A program made the translations under genes and the position numbers. A DNA stretch of 64,000 nt, taken from NCBI GenBank assembly GCA_015066405.1, contig SVOM01000006.1, positions 2,319-66,318 of the forward strand. The letters are read 5' to 3'. Numbering within the stretch: position 1 is the first letter of the stretch; every line of letters begins with the position of its first letter. The notes below the pieces were generated by a model. That model saw only the letters and a list, made by a program, of their open reading frames with translations, was not told the DNA's origin and did not search any database. The stretch is from Oscillospiraceae bacterium. GTDB taxonomy: Bacteria; Bacillota; Clostridia; Oscillospirales; Acutalibacteraceae. Of this stretch, positions 56,051-64,000 are shown one piece after another.

Positions 56051-57856
56051 GTGTCATTCCCACTTGAAAATATAAGAAACTTTTGCATAATTGCACATAT
56101 TGACCACGGCAAATCCACCCTTGCCGACCGCTTGCTTGAAAAAACAAGCTCGGTGTCCTCAAGGGAAATGGAGGAGCAGATACTTGATAGTATGGACCTT
56201 GAAAGAGAGCGTGGTATTACAATAAAATCTCACGCTGTAACGCTCTATTACAACGCAGCCGATGGTAAACAGTATGAGCTTAATTTAATAGATACCCCGG
56301 GACATGTGGACTTTAACTATGAGGTTTCGAGGTCGCTTGCGGCGTGCGAGGGCGCACTGCTTATAGTTGATGCTTCTCAAGGTATTGAGGCGCAAACCCT
56401 TGCCAACACATATTTAGCGGTTGACCACGGTCTTGAGCTTTTGCCCGTTATTAACAAAATAGATTTACCGTCTGCCGACCCCGAGCGCGTAAAGGGTGAA
56501 ATTGAAGATATAATCGGCATACCCGCCGATAATGCCCCCTTGGTTTCGGCAAAAACGGGCGTTAATATTGAAGAGGTGCTTGAGAAAATCGTTACTGAAA
56601 TTCCCGCACCAAAGGGAGATAGAAATGAGCCATTGTCAGCCCTTATTTTTGACTCTTATTATGATGCCTATAAGGGTGTAATCGTGTATTTCCGTGTAGT
56701 TTCGGGCAAAATCCGAACGGGAGATAAAATTAAAATGATGGCAACGGGTGCCACCTTTGATGTTGTTGAAATCGGCCGAAAGAGTGCAACTGCACTCGTG
56801 CCCTGCGACTGTCTTGAAGCGGGCGAGGTGGGCTACCTTGCCGCATCCATAAAAACTGTTAATGATGCGCGTGTGGGCGACACCATAACTTTAGCCGAAA
56901 ACCCAACGAGCGAGGCGCTCGCGGGCTACCGCAAGGTAAACCCCGTTGTTTTTTGCGGTATTTACCCCGCTGACGGCGCACATTATGAAGATTTGCGTGA
57001 GGCACTCGAAAAGCTACAGCTTAACGATGCATCCTTGCTTTATGAGCCTGAAACCTCAAAGGCACTCGGTTTTGGCTTCCGTTGCGGATTTTTAGGTCTT
57101 TTGCATATGGAGATTATCGAGGAACGCTTGGAGCGTGAGTATAATCTTGATATAATCACAACAGCACCCAGCGTTATTTATAAATTTGAACTGACTAACG
57201 GCGAGGAAATCAGCGTTGACAACCCCACAAACTATCCCGACCCTGCCACCATTTCTTCGGCATCTGAGCCGGTGGCGGATGTGCATATCTATGCTCCGAG
57301 TGAATATGTGGGTGCAATTATGCAGCTGTGTGAAGAACGCCGCGGCATTTATACCGATATGAAATATATGGGCGACCGTGTGGATATTCATTACATTATG
57401 CCCGTGGGCGAGATTATTTACGACTTTTTTGATGCGCTTAAATCACGCACAAGAGGTTATGCTTCCTACGATTATGAAATAAGCGGCTATAATAAGTCTG
57501 ACCTTGTAAAGCTTGATGTTATGATAGCGGGCGATGTTGTTGATGCGCTGTCTTTTATAGTATTTAGAGATAACGCCTACAGCCGCGCTCGCCGCATTGC
57601 AGAGAAACTCAAAGACTATATTCCGCGCCAGCTTTTTGAGGTGCCGATACAGGTTGCCGTTGGCGGAAAAATTATCGCTCGTGAAACTGTAAAAGCTATG
57701 CGCAAGGATGTACTTGCAAAGTGCTATGGCGGCGATATAACACGTAAGAAAAAGCTGCTTGAAAAACAAAAAGAAGGTAAGAAACGTATGCGTAAGCTCG
57801 GCAGTGTCGAGGTTCCGCAAGAGGCGTTTATGGCGGTGCTTAAACTTGACGAATAA
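56051..57856 (+). CDS. lepA: elongation factor 4
   Basis: [23 protein letters not shown] and NKID motifs. GTG at 56051 with an AGGAGA RBS. Confidence 0.96.
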   Translation: MSFPLENIRNFCIIAHIDHGKSTLADRLLEKTSSVSSREMEEQILDSMDLERERGITIKSHAVTLYYNAADGKQYELNLIDTPGHVDFNYEVSRSLAACEGALLIVDASQGIEAQTLANTYLAVDHGLELLPVINKIDLPSADPERVKGEIEDIIGIPADNAPLVSAKTGVNIEEVLEKIVTEIPAPKGDRNEPLSALIFDSYYDAYKGVIVYFRVVSGKIRTGDKIKMMATGATFDVVEIGRKSATALVPCDCLEAGEVGYLAASIKTVNDARVGDTITLAENPTSEALAGYRKVNPVVFCGIYPADGAHYEDLREALEKLQLNDASLLYEPETSKALGFGFRCGFLGLLHMEIIEERLEREYNLDIITTAPSVIYKFELTNGEEISVDNPTNYPDPATISSASEPVADVHIYAPSEYVGAIMQLCEERRGIYTDMKYMGDRVDIHYIMPVGEIIYDFFDALKSRTRGYASYDYEISGYNKSDLVKLDVMIAGDVVDALSFIVFRDNAYSRARRIAEKLKDYIPRQLFEVPIQVAVGGKIIARETVKAMRKDVLAKCYGGDITRKKKLLEKQKEGKKRMRKLGSVEVPQEAFMAVLKLDE

Positions 57857-59252
57857 ACAAAGAACACCCAAAACTACTAAAGACAGGTTAAAAAAAGTCC
57901 GCGGATTCATCCGCGGACATATTGCTTTGTCGGTAATTTCGGGTGTTTGTTTTTTATTGTGCTTGGCGCTTGTTGTACCGCTTGTGTATGTTACCAAAAA
58001 TGGTTTTTATATCGAAAAGCCCTACACCGAGGTAATTACTCAATCGGTTTCTACACCGTCCTCAAGTCAGCAAAGTTCCACTGATGAAATTGTAATACCC
58101 GAGGTTGAAATAGCCGATGAAAACTCTAAAGAGGACACAAAAAACAACACTGATATGAATAACGATAAGTTAGAGCAAAGTGAAGTTTTAGGAGATATCA
58201 CAATATACGATTCGGTAAATACTGTTATTAGCGAGCATTGGCAAGCACTGTCTTATGGAATTGATGTATCGAGCCACGATGGCAAAATCGATTGGAAAAA
58301 GGTTGCCGCCGCGGGCGTTGAGTTTGTAATGATACGTATGGGCTACCGTGGATATGTTACCGGCAAAATCGTGCAGGATGCTTATTTTGAGCGTAACATA
58401 AAGGGTGCGGCCGAAAACGGAATTGCGATAGGTGTTTATTTTTATTCCACCGCCATAACCGAGGCGGAGGCCCGTCAAGAAGCGGCATGGGTATGCCAAA
58501 TGCTTGATGAAAAGGCGGCCGAGGGTATAAAAATTCTCTATCCAGTGGCATACGATTTTGAGGAGTTTTTCAATAAGCAAAAATCTCGCGCGGAGAATTT
58601 AAGCCGTCAGCAATTAACCAAAAACACCATTGCGTTTTTAAATTATGTGTCATCATCGGGCTATAACCCTATGCTCTATGCGAGCAAATCATCAATTACT
58701 GATTATTGGGATTTTGCGGCTATAAAGGACTATGATTTTTGGCTTGCGCATTATGTTGAGTCAACAAACTATAAAGGCGAGTATGCTATGTGGCAGTACA
58801 CCTGTCGCGGTAAGGTTGATGGAATTAAAGGTTATACCGATTTGAATGTTTCTTACTACCGCTATGTCTATCCCAGCGAGCCGATAGAGTGCATAAATGA
58901 TGCTGTAACGGTTTATAACAGTTATAATAAAAATTCGGGCGAGGGCGGTATTATCGTAAAAGGCGTTATTTACGAGCGCATCCGCACACTTGTTACCGGT
59001 TGGTCCGAGATAAGATACAACGGAATGGTGGGCTATGTAAAAACCGATGAGATAAAAAAAGCCGAGTTTACTAAGTGCGATGAAACATTAACGCTCGACA
59101 GTAAAAAACACATATATTCAGTGGCAGCTACTAACGATACGTATAAGGTAGGTACCTTAGCGGCGGGCACAAAAATCCAAGCCACCGCCACCTATAAAAA
59201 CAAATGGTACGAGTTTATAAGAGACGGCGAAAAGGTTTATATAAAGTGGTAA
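57846..59252 (+). CDS. membrane-anchored GH25 muramidase with C-terminal SH3-like repeats
   Basis: [36 protein letters not shown] helix lies near the N-terminus. The start is uncertain: a TTG at 57846 overlaps the lepA stop. Confidence 0.75.
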   Translation: MTNKQRTPKTTKDRLKKVRGFIRGHIALSVISGVCFLLCLALVVPLVYVTKNGFYIEKPYTEVITQSVSTPSSSQQSSTDEIVIPEVEIADENSKEDTKNNTDMNNDKLEQSEVLGDITIYDSVNTVISEHWQALSYGIDVSSHDGKIDWKKVAAAGVEFVMIRMGYRGYVTGKIVQDAYFERNIKGAAENGIAIGVYFYSTAITEAEARQEAAWVCQMLDEKAAEGIKILYPVAYDFEEFFNKQKSRAENLSRQQLTKNTIAFLNYVSSSGYNPMLYASKSSITDYWDFAAIKDYDFWLAHYVESTNYKGEYAMWQYTCRGKVDGIKGYTDLNVSYYRYVYPSEPIECINDAVTVYNSYNKNSGEGGIIVKGVIYERIRTLVTGWSEIRYNGMVGYVKTDEIKKAEFTKCDETLTLDSKKHIYSVAATNDTYKVGTLAAGTKIQATATYKNKWYEFIRDGEKVYIKW

Positions 59253-59355
59253 AAGTCAGTAAAATAAGTTAAAAAATGCATTAAATTTTGTCTTGACAGG
59301 GACATGCAGTATGCTAAAATAAAAGCATAAAGCTTGAAATAAAAGGGGAGTTTCT

Positions 59356-60090
59356 ATGAAATACGGTTATCAACTTTATTCGGTACATACCGCAATGCGC
59401 GAAAACGTAAAAAACACACTTATCGAAATAGCAAAAATGGGTTACACTCAGGTAGAACCATGCGGCTTTTTTGACAGCACACCTGCCGAGTTCAGAGCTT
59501 GGTGCGATGAGTTAGGACTCGAAATACCTGCCGCTCATTTCAGCCGAGATATTACGTCTGAAGAGCTTTTTGAAGATACCGTGCAAATTTTCAAAACACT
59601 CCGTTGCAAAAAGCTAGTTATACCATGTAAAGTTTGCAAAACAAAAGAGAGCTTGGATGAACTTATAGATTACATAAATCGTTGGCAACCGAGATTGGCA
59701 GAACGCGGCATCACTTTGGTTTATCATAATCACTCGCAAGAGTTTATGCTTAACGAAGATGAGTTGTTTATGCATACGGAACTGCAAAAACGAACCAATG
59801 TGCGTTTTGAAATCGATGTTTTCTGGTGCCACTATGCAGGTGTTAACCCCGTTTATGTGCTCGAAACACTTAAAGACCGCGTTGATTTAATACATTTCCG
59901 TGATGGCCTTACAACGAGGTGGCCGCAGGAGTTCCGTTTGCTCGGCAAAGGTACAACCCCGCTTGATGATGTTTATAAGTGGGCAGAGAAAAACGGCTAT
60001 GATTTAATTGTAGAAACTGTTCCCACGGAGGTTGCCGAAACCGAGCTTAAAGACGCAAAAGAAAATATGGAATATTTAAAAAGTCTTTAA
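59356..60090 (+). CDS. sugar phosphate isomerase/epimerase (xylose-isomerase-like TIM barrel)
   Basis: 244 aa, with YHNHSQEF and EIDVFW motifs. Confidence 0.8.
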   Translation: MKYGYQLYSVHTAMRENVKNTLIEIAKMGYTQVEPCGFFDSTPAEFRAWCDELGLEIPAAHFSRDITSEELFEDTVQIFKTLRCKKLVIPCKVCKTKESLDELIDYINRWQPRLAERGITLVYHNHSQEFMLNEDELFMHTELQKRTNVRFEIDVFWCHYAGVNPVYVLETLKDRVDLIHFRDGLTTRWPQEFRLLGKGTTPLDDVYKWAEKNGYDLIVETVPTEVAETELKDAKENMEYLKSL

Positions 60091-60139
60091 TGGGTAATGG
60101 CAATAAAGGTTTCCGCCGATTATCATAAAGGAATAAAAA

Positions 60140-60169
60140 AGCACTCGGGTGTCTCTCAAGTGCTTTTTT
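60140..60169. terminator. stem-loop terminator
   Basis: AGCACT-N13-AGTGCT flanked by an A-run and a T-run. Confidence 0.55.
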
Positions 60170-60197
60170 AGTGAAGAGTGAAAAGTGAATAGTGAAA
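60170..60197. repeat. tandem heptamer AGTGAAN, 4 units
   Basis: AGTGAAG AGTGAAA AGTGAAT AGTGAAA. Confidence 0.85.
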
Positions 60198-60201
60198 AAG
60201 T

Positions 60202-60233
60202 AAAAACCCCGTTCTCGTAAGAGAACGGGGTTT
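60202..60233 (-). terminator. intrinsic terminator directly 3' of tRNA-Leu
   Basis: CCCCGTTCTC pairs with GAGAACGGGG, with A and T runs. Confidence 0.85.
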
Positions 60234-60320
60234 TGGTGCCGGTGACCGGACTCGAACCGGTACGGTGTCGCCACCGGTGGATTTTGAGTCCACTACGTCT
60301 GCCAATTCCATCACACCGGC
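60234..60320 (-). tRNA. tRNA-Leu (anticodon CAA), class II, with encoded CCA
   Basis: Hand-folded. Acceptor stem GCCGGUG with CACCGGC. Anticodon stem GUGGA with UCCAC and loop CUCAAAA. Long variable arm CGGUG-GCGA-CACCG. T-arm ACCGG-UUCGAGU-CCGGU. Confidence 0.95.
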
Positions 60321-60368
60321 GTATGCATAGAATTGCATTTTTGCAACGGAATTATTATACACTAATAG

Positions 60369-61226
60369 TTACTTTAAATCAAGAGTTTTTTTATCTTTCT
60401 TTTTAAAAAGCAACACAAATATAGAACTGCCGATTATTAAAAGCCCTAAAAGCAACACAAACAATAAAATGTTATTAACAAAAGAGCTAATAAACAAATG
60501 CATAGAGCGGGCGGCAATACTAATTTTATTTACAAATCTTCCGATTAGAATAATGGCGGGTACTATTGCCAGTATCAACCCACCGCCGCAAAGCGCAAAA
60601 TACATAAAGCGTTTATCGGGGGCGTTTTTGCTAAGCTTTAATACAAAACAAATTCCAAATGCCGCAAGCAAGGCGGTGCCGATTATTGCAAAGAGGGTAT
60701 AACGATTAAGCTTGCCCGCATAGTAAGAAAGATACTTAAAAACGCTGTTTGCCGCAGTTTTTTCGTATTTTTCGGCACACAAATCGGCAAGATAACCCAG
60801 TGCTTCATTGGTTACATCGACATCTGATGCTAACGCACCCGAAGCGGCGTAATCTTTAAAATCGTTAACCAAATCTTTTTTTAGTTCGGTTGTGTCTACC
60901 GAGAATGTGCCCTTATTATAGGCATTATCAATGCACGCATTATTAAGCTTTAAAAGTGCGGCGGAATCTATCTTATCATCAAAAAAGCTTTCGGGCAGAC
61001 CGCTTGGTATCGCAAGGGAAATAAGTCCCTCTTTTAATTCGGCACTTGAATTTTCAATATAATCGGTGCTCTTGACCGTAAATTTGATATAACCCTTTGA
61101 TGTTGCTATACCTAAAGCCAAACACGTCCCAAAAAGGAAAATAAACATTGCCGTAATTACCGCTACGGTGTAGTTTATGATAGCTCGTATATTTTTTATA
61201 TTTTTATCAGTCATATCATCCACCAA
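60369..61226 (-). CDS. polytopic membrane protein of unknown function (sortase operon)
   Basis: 285 aa. One N-terminal TM helix, an extracytoplasmic domain of about 150 aa, then three C-terminal TM helices. Confidence 0.7.
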   Translation of the reverse strand: MVDDMTDKNIKNIRAIINYTVAVITAMFIFLFGTCLALGIATSKGYIKFTVKSTDYIENSSAELKEGLISLAIPSGLPESFFDDKIDSAALLKLNNACIDNAYNKGTFSVDTTELKKDLVNDFKDYAASGALASDVDVTNEALGYLADLCAEKYEKTAANSVFKYLSYYAGKLNRYTLFAIIGTALLAAFGICFVLKLSKNAPDKRFMYFALCGGGLILAIVPAIILIGRFVNKISIAARSMHLFISSFVNNILLFVLLLGLLIIGSSIFVLLFKKKDKKTLDLK

Positions 61227-61228
61227 CC

Positions 61229-61900
61229 TTACTCATTAAGCAGTATTTTCGGCCCCGAAATATACTCGCCATACACAAAATAACGCTGTTTGGTAAGTCC
61301 CAACGCATTAAACGGATAACAGGTATATAAAACGACGTTTTCGTGGTCAGCATTAATATCAAACGCGGTGCGGTCATCAAATTTCTTTATGGCCGATCCC
61401 GTAATTTTGTAGGTGTAAACGCCGTAGTGCGTTTTTATGGTTATTATACCGCCAACCTTTGCATCCTTAAGTGTTTTAAAAAATGAATTATTATGCCCGC
61501 CTATAATTGTGGTTGAGCACATACCGGGGAAGGAACTGCCCCTATACTGTCCTACCCCGCGGCGCAGTGTTTTGCTGTCGTCCCCAAAGAAAAGCGGACA
61601 ATCAACTGAGGTGCCTTCAATGGTAATTTCGCCGTATTTCGTACCGGGCAAAGGAAAGGTAATAATACTGCTTGGAACAGTATCGGTGTAACTATGAAAG
61701 ATTTCGCCCGAATACAAATCGGTATAGGTATCATCCGTATCGTAAACCTGTGTATCGGTTGCCATCATACTCCAGATGTCTACAACGGAATTTATTGCTG
61801 ATTTTGCTGAAAAAAACAAAATCAAGTATCCAACTAAAGCAAAAGCTAATGGCACTAAAGACAGCACCATTAGCTTTTTAAAATCAATACGTTTTATCAA
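61229..61900 (-). CDS. sortase family transpeptidase
   Basis: N-terminal TM helix. His in IIGGHNN, Cys in VVLYTCYP and Arg in TKQRYFVYG. Confidence 0.85.
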   Translation of the reverse strand: MIKRIDFKKLMVLSLVPLAFALVGYLILFFSAKSAINSVVDIWSMMATDTQVYDTDDTYTDLYSGEIFHSYTDTVPSSIITFPLPGTKYGEITIEGTSVDCPLFFGDDSKTLRRGVGQYRGSSFPGMCSTTIIGGHNNSFFKTLKDAKVGGIITIKTHYGVYTYKITGSAIKKFDDRTAFDINADHENVVLYTCYPFNALGLTKQRYFVYGEYISGPKILLNE

Positions 61901-61902
61901 GA

Positions 61903-62478
61903 TTAAAATAACTTAACCTTTTTAGAAACTACAAATGCGGCAACCATAATAACTGCTAATGCTGCAGCTGTGATAACAATTACGCTAACCTCAGCGCCGG
62001 TTGTTTTAATGATCGGCTCAGAGTTAAATACTTCAACGGGAGCGCCTGTAGCAGCATCGGTCTTTGTGATAACAACTTTTTCTGTAGCTGCATCATAAGT
62101 AAGAGTAAGGTCAACAACTGCACAAGCATCCTGACCTAATTTAAGGATTGCCTGTTTGTCAGCAGTAGGGAGAACTTCCATATGGAACTCTTCATCAGGT
62201 GTTGCATCTTTTTTGAGAAGTTCAGCACCCTCGTTGATGTATCCAATGATTTCATCAGCCTGAGTTTTAGTGATATCAATGGTTAAGAAATGGTTCTTTG
62301 CCTGTGCGATATACTCATCAGGAATGTGGTACTTGGTTTTGCCAAGCTGAACATACTGATCGAGTGTGTCGAGAATTCTCTGCTCATCGGCATTGATTGC
62401 GCCTGCGGCAGAAGCACCTACACAGCAGGGAACAGCGATAAGAAGCACTGCAAAGAAGATGGCTAATAACTTTTTCAT
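61903..62478 (-). CDS. secreted protein with a C-terminal sorting-signal-like tail
   Basis: Signal peptide MKKLLAIFFAVLLIAVPCCVGASA. The C-terminus is IIKTTG, then a hydrophobic stretch, then SKKVKLF. Confidence 0.65.
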   Translation of the reverse strand: MKKLLAIFFAVLLIAVPCCVGASAAGAINADEQRILDTLDQYVQLGKTKYHIPDEYIAQAKNHFLTIDITKTQADEIIGYINEGAELLKKDATPDEEFHMEVLPTADKQAILKLGQDACAVVDLTLTYDAATEKVVITKTDAATGAPVEVFNSEPIIKTTGAEVSVIVITAAALAVIMVAAFVVSKKVKLF

Positions 62479-62586
62479 GGTAACATACCTCGCTTAAATA
62501 ATTTTTTACAAGTACATTATACAATACGGAACTCCATTTGTAAAGAACTTTTTTATAAAATAGCTAAATAATATTTTTTTGCAGTC

Positions 62587-62615
62587 TTGATAATGATGTT
62601 AATATACAGTATAAT
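62587..62615 (+). promoter_or_regulatory. sigma-A-like promoter of miaB
   Basis: TTGATA, 17-nt spacer, TATAAT. Confidence 0.6.
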
Positions 62616-62653
62616 ATATACTGAATTAAATTATACTTTTGTTAGGTGTTTGG

Positions 62654-64000
62654 ATGTTTAGTGAACAATTAGGATACATAGAAAAGGCAAAAAGCATTGC
62701 CGCCGCGCGCTACGGTGTGCCGAAGGCGTGTATAAATACATACGGCTGTCAACAAAACGTCAGCGATTCCGAGCATATAAAGGGTATGCTTGAGAAGATG
62801 GGCTATGCGTTTACGGAGGATGCATCGGATGCCGATTTTGTGCTTTTCAACACCTGCGCTGTGCGTGAACACGCGGAAGACAGGGTGTACGGCAATATCG
62901 GTACTATGAAGGCACTTAAAAAAGCACGCCCCGATATGATAGTGGCGGTTTGCGGCTGTATGGCCCAGCAAGAAAAGGTGGCAGAGCGTATTCGCAAAAG
63001 CTACCCGTATGTTGATATACTTTTCGGCACGCATTTAATACACCGCTTCCCTGAGTTTTTGTATCGCCGCCTTAACGGCTCAAAACGTATTTTTGATATT
63101 TCTACCGATACAAAGCATATTGTTGAGGGCATACCCGTACACCGCGATAAAACGGTTAAGGGCTGGCTGCCGATTATGTATGGGTGCGACAATTTTTGCA
63201 CCTACTGCATAGTGCCGTATGTTAGAGGGCGTGAGCGTTCAAGAGCGAGCTGTGAAATTTTGCGCGAGGCTGAGCAAATGATAGCTGCAGGCGTTAAGGA
63301 CATAACCCTGCTCGGACAAAATGTAAACTCATACGGTAAGGGGCTTAGCGAGGACATAAATTTTGCAAAGCTTATCCGAAAAATCAACGATATTTCGGGA
63401 GAATTCCGCATAAGGTTTATGACCTCACACCCGAAGGACTGCACACTCGAGCTGCTTGATGCAATGCGCGACTGCGAGAAGGTGGCACACCATCTACATT
63501 TGCCTGTGCAATGTGGTAACAATAGGGTGCTCGGCGTTATGAATAGGCGATACACAAGGGAGAAATACTTATCGCTTATAAAAGCAGCGAGAAGCCGTAT
63601 GCCTGATTTATCGATTACCAGTGATATTATTGTGGGCTTCCCTGGGGAGACCTATGAAGAGTTTTGCGATACCTTATCGCTTGTAAAAGAAGTAGAGTAT
63701 AATTCACTTTTTACTTTCATCTATTCGGCACGCCCGGGTACACCCGCCGCTGAAATGCCCGATATAATAAGCCGCGCTGAAAAGGGCAAGTGGTTTAATG
63801 AGCTACTGCAAGCGCAGGACATTATCGGCAAGCAAAAGCAAAACGATATGAAAGGTAAAACCTACCGCGTTTTGTGTGAAGAGGAAAGCGAAAACGAAGG
63901 CTTTATAATGGGGCGCACAAATGGTACTGATGTAATAGAGTTTGCAGGCGATAAAACGCTTATCGGCAAATTTGTAAATGTAAAAGTAATCGACACAAAT
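62654..64000 (+). CDS. miaB: tRNA-2-methylthio-N6-dimethylallyladenosine synthase, 3'-truncated by the window edge
   Basis: My own translation gives MFSEQLGYIEKAK..CINTYGCQQNVSDSE (UPF0004 domain), the radical-SAM motif GCDNFCTYCIVPY, and an open frame to position 64000. Confidence 0.92.
   Translation, partial: MFSEQLGYIEKAKSIAAARYGVPKACINTYGCQQNVSDSEHIKGMLEKMGYAFTEDASDADFVLFNTCAVREHAEDRVYGNIGTMKALKKARPDMIVAVCGCMAQQEKVAERIRKSYPYVDILFGTHLIHRFPEFLYRRLNGSKRIFDISTDTKHIVEGIPVHRDKTVKGWLPIMYGCDNFCTYCIVPYVRGRERSRASCEILREAEQMIAAGVKDITLLGQNVNSYGKGLSEDINFAKLIRKINDISGEFRIRFMTSHPKDCTLELLDAMRDCEKVAHHLHLPVQCGNNRVLGVMNRRYTREKYLSLIKAARSRMPDLSITSDIIVGFPGETYEEFCDTLSLVKEVEYNSLFTFIYSARPGTPAAEMPDIISRAEKGKWFNELLQAQDIIGKQKQNDMKGKTYRVLCEEESENEGFIMGRTNGTDVIEFAGDKTLIGKFVNVKVIDTN

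Noticed and set aside
1-64000. Search for CRISPR arrays, transposases, integrases, prophage or known defence genes
   Set aside because: No direct-repeat and spacer periodicity was found, only the two short heptamer arrays. No ORF has recombinase, transposase, reverse-transcriptase or nuclease-NTPase defence-like motifs. The window is mostly housekeeping and sporulation genes.

Overview
This 64 kb window looks like core chromosome from an endospore-forming Firmicute, probably Clostridia: AT-rich spacers, GGAGG-type RBSs and many sporulation genes. Gene content, 5' to 3':
- A secreted protein, a CLC channel and spoVT.
- The rimP-nusA-ylxR-ylxQ-infB-rbfA-nrnA-truB-ribF operon.
- An M23 peptidase, an EF-G paralogue, pth-mfd, a lipoprotein and asnA.
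- DUF1292 and abrB (+), then degV on the minus strand.
- A small glycan-related locus: SGNH hydrolase, glf, a GDPD enzyme and three tandem beta-helix paralogues.
- ppa-rpiB-tsaB-tsaE, then a SEDS protein.
- An alpha/beta-hydrolase-murF-ddl-CDF operon.
- murA, an MBL-fold hydrolase and rlmH.
- rpmG-secE-nusG-rplKAJL.
- The full spoIIIAA-AH operon, asp23, a class III Fic protein and spoIIE.
- lepA, a GH25 muramidase, a TIM-barrel isomerase and tRNA-Leu(CAA).
- A sortase operon and the 5' part of miaB.

I found no rRNA, CRISPR array, transposase, integrase or recognisable defence gene.

The most unusual signals are non-coding:
- A base-perfect copy of the spoVT start region (920-1057), split by a 109-nt GC-rich hairpin element.
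- Two promoter-leader-terminator modules of unknown class (21746-21971 on the minus strand, 55095-55277 on the plus strand).
- A roughly 200-nt GC-rich rod-like RNA candidate (22445-22652).
- An intergenic module bounded by inverted repeats that carries five AGTGATATT motifs (22974-23346).

Protein-level oddities:
- An EF-G paralogue that lacks the catalytic His.
- A MurF whose N-terminal domain is replaced by transmembrane helices.
- A 222-aa SecE.
- Three tandem beta-helix proteins with no export signal.
- A sortase substrate with a non-canonical sorting motif.

All calls come from reading the sequence and the ORF translations. No database search was run.
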